Below, one piece after another: positions 55,501-64,000 of a DNA stretch of 64,000 bases. The stretch covers positions 25,574,704-25,638,703 of the forward strand of contig NC_068983.1 in the NCBI RefSeq assembly GCF_001194135.2, in the 5' to 3' direction. A program made the position numbers and the translations under genes. The DNA is from Octopus bimaculoides (taxonomy: Eukaryota). The notes below the pieces were generated by a model, which saw nothing but the letters and a program-made list of their open reading frames with translations, was not told where the DNA came from and made no database searches. Position 1 is the first letter of the stretch, and every line of letters starts with the position of its first letter.

Positions 55501-57909
55501 TTGTGTGTGTGAAAAATGTATCAGAGTCGTAATTATAAATTTGAAATTGAAATACAGAAACTTTTATCTACCAAATTTTATGTTTTCCATAATATTGAAC
55601 TGAAAATAAAGATGGAAAACAGAGATATAATCAGACAAAGTCACCTTAGCCTGTCCAATATTTTCAAAAAATTCACGAAATTTCTAATAAAAGTCCCTTT
55701 TCAAAACTATAGATATTTTTCTAGGAATCCGGATAATAAAAGCCCCAAATTTGACAACATAGTAAAAATATACTACTAATCATAAACGATATACTTTCAA
55801 ATATTTCATCTTATCTTAATGAATAATATTGCGAATAAACACAACACCCATACATTACAAATTAAGCGATGATAGATAAACGGCGAAATTATGCATTTCT
55901 ATTACATTAATATTTCTTATCTTATCTTGTAGCATAATTATAATGTCTACGATTATGATTGTGCCAAGTTAGATTTAGATTGTCAGTTCTGGTCTGAAAG
56001 ATATACATTGCAAAAAGGAGATACGTACAGCTATTACGTTTCATTATAAGGAATCTTATTATTGATCGTATTAACTAAGACCTTGTTCCCCATTATAACG
56101 TATACAGTACTCTATTGAAACATGGACTCTTTTTTTGTTTAGTATATCAATACGCTTCAGAAATTTTGATATCTGTTGAAAAATATCGATAGCCAAAGAA
56201 GAGGAGATTTCAAAGAAATACTTTGTTTTATGATTTATTCCTACAATAGAAAGAAAATAAAAATAAATGCAGCTAATGTTTCTATCAGATAAAAAATTGC
56301 TCTTGTTAATTGATTTAGCTATTTACACCTGCTCCGTTGGATAAGACAATAAATTGCCTATAGAAATATAATGATAATCTTTGTTCTAAACGTACTGAAA
56401 TTTAATACACTAAAAAAAAAATAATAAATAAATAAAAAACTGCATAAATTAATAAAAGTTGATTTGATTACTTGATCGATGTAATTGACAAAAATTCCCT
56501 AAGAGAAGACATTTATTGATCAAAAACTTTCTCTTTAGCGCACACAAGTGGCACCATGTCGGTCGTAAATCTCGAGGAAAAATGTTTATTTTCGTTTATC
56601 TTATAATATTGAATGTAGAATAGGTCCTTCTGTTTGTTTGTGTTTGACGCATTAATATTAAAAGAACGACAATGATAAAGCAGATTTAGCTAGGAGATAA
56701 CGAGGAAAGATCTTAGATTAAAGGAATCTATTTCCTTTCTGACAATACTTCTTAAGAAAGTGACTCCTATAATTTCTCACAGATATTCGAGTGGAATGTG
56801 ACATTAAGCCTGCGTCTCAAACGTTATAGCTTGAATCAGATAATTTAAATGCCTCTTTCCAATAGAAGCAACGCGTTTCATAATCTAAAGCGTTGTTAAT
56901 CATTAAAGGAAATATATCCTAATGAACAAAATATTTTATTTGTTCATAGTACCAAACGTCAAAGAATCTCTCATGGCCTTTACCTTCACTGGTCATCCAT
57001 CATAGCTGCTATCGGTTCGTTACATTTTAACATCTATTTCGTTATATGTGCACAGCAAATAATGAATCAATTATTTTGACCACTCTGTTTCTTTCTCGTG
57101 GTAAAGTTCAAAGCAAATTTTTGATTAGCTCGATTTAGAATGGACACTTTCAGAGTTCATACATTTTCCGTAAAGATATTAATTATGGTAAGATAATATT
57201 GTGTATATGGATGGAGAATGTTAAAGAGAAAGCACTATAACGTTTGACTCTGCTATGTTTTGCATGTTATTAGTTTGTTGTTTCATGCTATGAGATAATT
57301 AGTTAAGTAAGCTATTAAATAAAATCCTATAAGTTTAGTGCATAGAAAGTTATATTAATGTATTGTCTAGTATAAAACATACGTTTATAATTGGAGAGTA
57401 TGATGCAATCGTTATCAGCAGATTAATTTCATCGATCTTTAAAAGAGGTTTGTTGCGACAAACTGTGTGAGCTGTGAACCAGCGAACGAGACGTGATAAG
57501 TATCGCTAGAGACAAATACATCTGTTTTTAATTATATGATAACTAATTTATATTTATTACTTAAGATTAGCAGCTGCATGATAAAGCATTGCTACATTTT
57601 TATTGATATTAAATGTCTTTTTGAAAATTAAATTTTACTGATTTTTTCCGAGATAAAACACAATTCAGCAGGATTTACTAAATATCAGTGTGGTATATTC
57701 GATTACAGTATTTTTTGTTATTTAATTATTACATTTTCACTACTATACAATTATTGTATTGCAGTAAATTCTGTTTTGAAATGTTATTCAATGAAATATA
57801 AGCGCCATCACTGTTGACAACATTGGGTCAAATCAAACAATTACTTTATGAAGAAATGCTATTTAAATTCTAATTAGTTTTCCATCAAGTTATAGAACAC
57901 AATTTTCTC

Positions 57910-58170
57910 ATCTAGGTGGCCTAGGTTCGATCCCCAGTAGAGCACCACAATAATTTTTTTATGGGTAAGACATGACCAGCATGAACGTTAAGTCTGATGG
58001 AGTGAGCAGTCAATTCTCCTTCAAATCACAATGTAACGCATTACTGAAGGAAAGGCACAATAGTTGATATAGGCCTTTATATACATATGTAGTCGGGAAG
58101 ATGTCAGTTGGTAACAGAATTAAAACAATTATGTTCTCCTTGACATGTGTTGAACTGGGTTAAACAAACT
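57910..58170 (+). mobile_element. Old degenerate tRNA-derived SINE
   Basis: B-box ggttcgatcccc at about 57924, followed by SINE-like body (gggtaagacatgacc...ctccttcaaatcac). Confidence 0.4.
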
Positions 58171-58394
58171 TTATCAATATAATTTACAAGTAATAACAAT
58201 CTGAAATTTGCGAATTGTTATATATGTTCACGTTTTTAAATGCAGCTAAGTTAATGGTGTTGTTGTTTTTTTATATTTTCTACGCATTACTTGAAGCTCA
58301 CCTAATCCCTACACCTCGATCCTTGGATCTTCTCTCTCTCTCTCTCTAATATATATACACACACACACATTTATAACGATATATACATATATAT

Positions 58395-58537
58395 ATTGCA
58401 GCGTGGAAGTTATTTGTAAGCCATTTAAGAAACACACAAAACCCGTTAGATTCGCTTCAACATTTTAATTTAATTTGCCAAAATATCTTCGTCGCTTTGA
58501 GACCACGACCTGTTCACTGACAAAATTCCGTGCTGCA
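58395..58537. mobile_element. Single arm of the same palindromic element as 4570-4850
   Basis: attgcagcgtggaagttatttgtaagccatttaagaaacacacaaaacccgttagattcgcttcaac...gagaccacgacctgttcactgacaaaattccgtgctgca matches one arm of the 4570-4850 element, also beside (TA)n. Confidence 0.85.
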
Positions 58538-58544
58538 TCTGATG

Positions 58545-58641
<97 letters not shown>

Positions 58642-59329
58642 ATGTGTGTTTTTGTATGGGTGTGTGTGAGTGTGTGTGTGTGTGTATGTTATTTGAGATG
58701 GAATGAGTACTATTACCGAACAGCCAACTTATATTCTAGTTACATATTCTAGAATATATAAGTAAGATTATATTCTAGAACGCCATAATGGTTGATAGAT
58801 GGACAATATCATATATACGTGATCGTATTATGGATATGTAAACATTATGAGAAAGGTAATCATAATCATAACTAAAGAACCTAAACTATATATTAAAATA
58901 TAACTTCCAGATATTTCAAGGTTTCAGCGATTATTGGTCCAATAGTATGTGCTAAGCAAACGTGGGTATATACTGATCAGGTAAGGTATATCAAATGTCT
59001 GAAATGGATCTAGTTAAATTGATTCACAAAATCAGCCACCCTACATTTTGCTCAGGTTGCTTTCAATTTTGGTGTATCGATACAACTCTGAATTTTAATT
59101 ACGATCAGCCAATTATTTTATCTCGTAAATTCAATAATCTGATGTTATTTGGAATTAAGTTGGGAAATTTGGGTAATTTTAGCCAATCAACAGAGAGCGA
59201 GGCATTAACAGCTTGTTACCATGACAACCGCACATTTTGTCGTGTTTCACTTTACCTGTGTCTGTACCGCATGTGTGTGAGAGTGTGTGTATGTACGTGT
59301 GTGTATTGAAGTGTACATATATGTGTGGG

Positions 59330-59900
59330 TGCTGTGTGCGAAGAGGTATATGTGCGTTCGTGTGCATGTGTGTGTGTGCATGTGTCTATGTGTGCTTATG
59401 TATTTTCATATATGTGTATTGTCTGTGTGTTGGGTATGCATGTGTTTTTTATGTGCGTTCATGTGTGTGTAGGTTTGCATGTGTGTATGTGTGTTAGTGT
59501 GTGCATGTATGTATGTGGTGTGTGTTTGTGTTGTGTGTGGGTATATATGTGCGTTCATATGTGTGTTGTGTCTGTGGGTATATATGTGCATTCATGTGTC
59601 TATGTGTGCATATGTGTGTTTGTGTGTGCATGTATGTATGCTGTGTGTGTTTGTGTTGTGTGTGGGTATATATGTGCGTTCATGGGTGTGCTGTGTGTGT
59701 GGGTATATATGTGCATTCATGTGTGTGTATGTGTGCATATGTGTATGTGCGTGTTTGTGCGTGCACGTATGTATGTTTTTCGTGAGGGTATGTATGTGCG
59801 TTCATGTGTCTGCGTTGTGTGTGTGGGGGGTATATATGTACATTCATGTTTGTGTTTGTGTGTGCACAAGTATATTATGTGTGTGTGTTTTGCGTGTGGG
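59330..59900. repeat. GT-rich minisatellite with higher-order (about 125-bp) structure
   Basis: Core gtgtgggtatatatgtgc(g/a)ttcat recurs in g/a pairs near 59535/59573, 59660/59697 and 59782/59823. Confidence 0.75.
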
Positions 59901-62900
59901 ATCTAATTAAATCGATTCACATGCACATATAAAGTTATGTATGAATACATACATCCATATGCATTTATATATTAATGACGTACATGACAGGTATGCATAA
60001 TACTGAAATACGCATAAAGTAAACACAGATAGCAGGTCATTTCACAGGGGCTAAACTATAAATTTCACAGGGTACAACCTTAAAGTTGACACCGCTAAGT
60101 TGACACCGCTGTCTCAATATTGGCTAAAAATATACAGTTTCTTCGATTTTTCAACCGCTGCAAACTTTCCTCAGTTTTTTCTCCAAAAGATCATGGAATC
60201 ACAGCAGTAACCGATTTTCAGATTGATGACTTCCTTTTAAAAACTGCAGATTCTGTGAATCAATTTAACTAGATCCCTAGAAATTATGGCGAACACATAA
60301 CCAGGACATCTCAGTATATTCAGGATAGAAATAGAGATTCGAAATATTTTTTGTGAAGGAGTGTCAAAATGCACTTTCCTCGTAGTAAACCTGTACCTAC
60401 GAACATAGAAACGTCTACAAAAAAATTCGGTAAAAACGCTGGTGTCAAAGATGTTGATGGAGATAGGAAAAATTATTGTTAGATTTAGAGCGAGAAGGTA
60501 TGACATATGTCTAAGACAGAGATATGCCTAGGAGAAGAAAAAAAACCTTAAGAAATATGGAAACAACAGTCACAAAAAAAGCAGAGTAGTTGAGAAACAT
60601 CATAAATCAAAGTCTAAGGAAGTTATAAGAGAAGTTCAATATAACACCGAGTTCATGAAATGAGAGGAAACGAAAGAAAGAATCTAGCCTCTTTTGCTTC
60701 TAAACATGTTGCAGATAATTGATAGACAGCCTTAATACATTATAAGTACCCAAGAGTGTAGACAATGCAAAATATAGACTGTGGTAAGGAATGTAAAAAA
60801 TTAAACGACGAGGCGTAAGAAAATAATGGACTAGGATGAAAAAATGAAGCATAAAAAGAATAGGAAGTACATAGGAAAATATAGGCAGGGGTGAATCAAT
60901 GAATATTATATGACTGTAAATAGACATTTAAAGATTTTTAGTATAAATATAAAGGTACGTTATAAGAGTAATTATGCCTAGTTATAAGTAATTCTGAACG
61001 TTTTTGTTGTTAATCCTTGATTAACTCGGTTAAACTATACTGTTATCAATTGTGCTAATCATCGGTAAAATCGGGATTTTTATTATTAGAAATTTACTTG
61101 TGAAGAGATGGGCTAAACTTACTTTGGGCTGTGTGAAAACTTAGAGATCTATTTATTGTAGTAGGTAATAATGTTATTAGTAGAGATTAAAATGTATTGT
61201 ATATTTAACTGTGTACCTCCAGATGAGACTCAGAGGGGTAAGAAACAGACATAACCCAAACAAAATATGTGTGTACATGTCTATCTATGTACGTACGTGT
61301 GTCTTCATAATAATATCAGCTAGATTCCAGTATTAATGTGGTGTTGAGTGATTTAAACGCGTTATACAGTTTCAGTGCAAACGGTACTAAGTTCGGCATT
61401 GTTTTCTGTAATAGTTTACTTATGATACTTATGATACATACTGATTAAATAAATATTTTAATATGTTTCACTTGAATTTACAAATATTATTATATTATAC
61501 AGGGAAAGGTATAATATCAGGCGCAAGTGACAAAGTATATATGGATTTAAATTACTCATCTTTCTCATCTTCAAGTACCGAGATGAAATTGCAGAAGTTT
61601 TCAATTTTAAGTGTTGATTACTTAGGCCTACAAATCGCGGAGAAAGTGCAGATCCCGTCGTCTAGTGAGCCTAGATCAATTTAATCCTTTTTCTCTTCCC
61701 TTTTAACTTCGGAAACGTATGAAGGTAACTGCATAACACGAAATTTTATGTAATATATTGGAGTATATGGAGCATTGACCTCTTCAAACTAAACCGTTAC
61801 CATATTTTAAAATTATGTATGTTCATGTTATTCAGTTATAATACTTATTGGTATTTAGACGGAAAACAAAAAGTTATTAAAAAATGAAAACGAATTTTCC
61901 ATCTCTCCCCCTCTCTCTTCCCCCTCTCTCNNNNNNNNNNNNNNNNNNNNNNNNNNNNNNNNNNNNNNNNNNNNNNNNNNNNNNNNNNNNNNNNNNNNNN
62001 NNNNNNNNNNNNNNNNNNNNNNNNNNNNNNNNNNNNNNNNNNNNNNNNNNNNNNNNNNNNNNNNNNNNNNNNNNNNNNNNNNNNNNNNNNNNNNNNNNNN
62101 NNNNNNNNNNNNNNNNNNNNNNNNNNNNNNNNNNNNNNNNNNNNNNNNNNNNNNNNNNNNNNNNNNNNNNNNNNNNNNNNNNNNNNNNNNNNNNNNNNNN
62201 NNNNNNNNNNNNNNNNNNNNNNNNNNNNNNNNNNNNNNNNNNNNNNNNNNNNNNNNNNNNNNNNNNNNNNNNNNNNNNNNNNNNNNNNNNNNNNNNNNNN
62301 NNNATTGAAGTGGGGTCATAAGATGGTAATAAAATATGATGTGTTTATTTTATTTCCGCAGCTAATTTGATTAAAGATAATTGGAAGTTAGCATATATGT
62401 ATCTACATACGCCTGATCTAAAACAGTATTTTAGTGATAACGAGTGTCTCTTATCATTAGACGAGTTTTTTGTCCTTTAAGCTATCCTTTGAAAGAAGTT
62501 TCCAGAGATAATTGATCAAGGAAATGTTATTTTAATTAAACTGAATCTGAAACTAAAAATTAAAAAAAAAAAATTACTGTTTTTTTTAATATATTAAAGT
62601 TTTCAGGCGCCATTATTTTGGGGAAAGCAAAAGATATGTATGCTCGGGTCTGATATAAACACATACAAGATACTAAACAAAATGCTTTTTTTTAATGTTT
62701 CTCTGAGGTTTCAGATGCAGACTGTGGAAGCTATCGTACACTTGTCCTTCCTGGTGTTGAACAAAATCATTCCAGCCACAACCAACACAACTATTTAAGG
62801 AACATTTGTAAGACTAACTTTCTAATGATTTCTGTCGTTATTTAAAATAATAGGTTGTGATATGAGGGAGATTCGGCAGTTATATTAAGGCAGCTGAAGA

Positions 62901-63599
62901 CAGTTAATTACTAGTATTTCTAGTACTGGATCGTTGACTTAAATCGGTTTGGGAGACAAACATCGGATTTTAAATATATCTTTCAATACATAACCGTTCA
63001 GAAAATCTATTAAAATACTTAGTGGGTATAGTTCAGACTTAAGAAACATTGCAATGCTTTCCAGTCGTGGCAAGAAGAATGTCTGCTCTTCTCTCCTTTG
63101 GTTGTCAAGCAAGAATTTCCTCTTGGTGTCTAGCGTCTCAAAAGTCATAACATGTATGAATTTCAACCAAGCATTCAGCACTATATTTCCAATGCATCCT
63201 CATAATACAGTTCTCATTTTAAATTGCAGATAACACGTGTGTACGAATGATTGTATATATACGAGTGCAAGACTCTACTTGTTGTACTTGTCTCCTTTCT
63301 TCATACATATATGTATGTATATACGTTTATATATCTAAGGATGTAGATGTGGGCGTATTTGTGTATATATATATATAACTCATTTGTACATTCAAGTTTT
63401 GCGGCGAATGTGAATGTTTTGCGGTTTATGTTTTTTGCATATGTGCTTTTATTTGTATATACGTCTATCTGCGCCTGTATGTGCTGTTGCGTATAGACTA
63501 CATTTTGTATATCCGGGTATGTATGTGCGTACGTGTAAGTGTGTGTGTATATGTATCCATATGCGGATTCTATGAACGAAATATTACCATTCCCATACC

Positions 63600-63700
63600 C
63601 AAGGGCCCGGGAACAGGGGGTGCAGCGTGTGCACCCGCACCCCCTAGAATTTTCAGTGGGTGCAAGATCAAAACTTGCACCCCCTACATAATCTTACCAG
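63600..63700 (+). mobile_element. GC-rich transposon-end-like sequence (possibly hAT/Tip100-type)
   Basis: aagggcccgggaacagggggtgcagcgtgtgcacccgcaccccct...gggtgcaagatcaaaacttgcaccccct. Repeated gggtgca/tgcaccc subterminal motifs in otherwise AT-rich DNA. Partner end not seen. Confidence 0.35.
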
Positions 63701-64000
63701 TTGCAGAAAAAAGTGTCTAAAATCTATCGGTATAAAATACTGAAGTTCGATCTCGTTTCAAAACAAAGAAAAATAATAAATATATAAATAAATAAAAGTG
63801 ATGAAGCTAGCATAAAATTCCCTAGGGAGTTCTGAAGGCAAGTAGCGTCAAAATACAAAAAAGTAAGTGAAAATAACAACAGTAGCAGCAACAATAACAA
63901 CAACAAAACCAGCATGTATGGTTAATTTTGAATATATAGCATTACTTGAATTATTGAAGACAGCTCCCACGCCTGTCAATACTTCTCTCCATCTTTTAGT

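Larger units (their letters stand above)
793..62303. other. Assembly gaps (N runs)
   Basis: 793-1619, 2682-3160, 15401-15722, 16276-16441, 28278-28677, 31374-31383, 32796-32839, 40139-40183, 43282-43902, 44628-44820, 46689-47599, 61931-62303. Confidence 0.99.

Noticed and set aside
5711-60100. Short tandem duplications (5711-5750, 10050-10085, 50565-50612, 60083-60110)
   Set aside because: These 14-23-bp slippage duplications are common and show no further structure.
61215-61255. Hammerhead-like CAGATGA...GAAAC
   Set aside because: The core is mutated, stem II is incomplete, and there is no GUH triplet or stem III.
588-62321. Long ORFs rich in X, or in YI/HT/CV/SL/RE/IYLS repeats
   Set aside because: They are produced by N-gaps and di-/tetranucleotide microsatellites and have no protein-like content.

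Overview
AT-rich, microsatellite-dense eukaryotic DNA with 12 N-gaps. The repeat content (tRNA-derived SINEs with internal (TA)n/(GT)n tracts, R4/Dong-like, HERO-like, CR1-like and Penelope-like retroelements, Tc1/mariner, maT and hAT remnants) suggests an octopod cephalopod; this is an inference. Only one host coding exon is supported: a 536-bp minus-strand exon (20289-20824) of a nicotinic acetylcholine receptor alpha subunit. It runs from the Cys-loop through loops B/C and M1-M2 to the M2-M3 linker, has canonical splice sites, vicinal cysteines and a cation-type pore, and looks alpha7/alpha9/alpha10-like rather than like an octopus chemotactile receptor. No other exon of this gene was recognisable, so most of the window is probably intron. 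Almost all other listed ORFs are microsatellite, gap or transposon artefacts. The most interesting non-coding signals are: a minimal hammerhead-ribozyme motif at a Penelope-like 3' end (about 45591-45675) plus two degenerate relatives, a Tc1/mariner-type MITE enclosing a tRNA-like Pol III unit (34056-34482), and several long inverted repeats that could form dsRNA in the receptor pre-mRNA. I see no clear evidence of a wholly new multi-gene system. All identifications were made by eye, without database searches.
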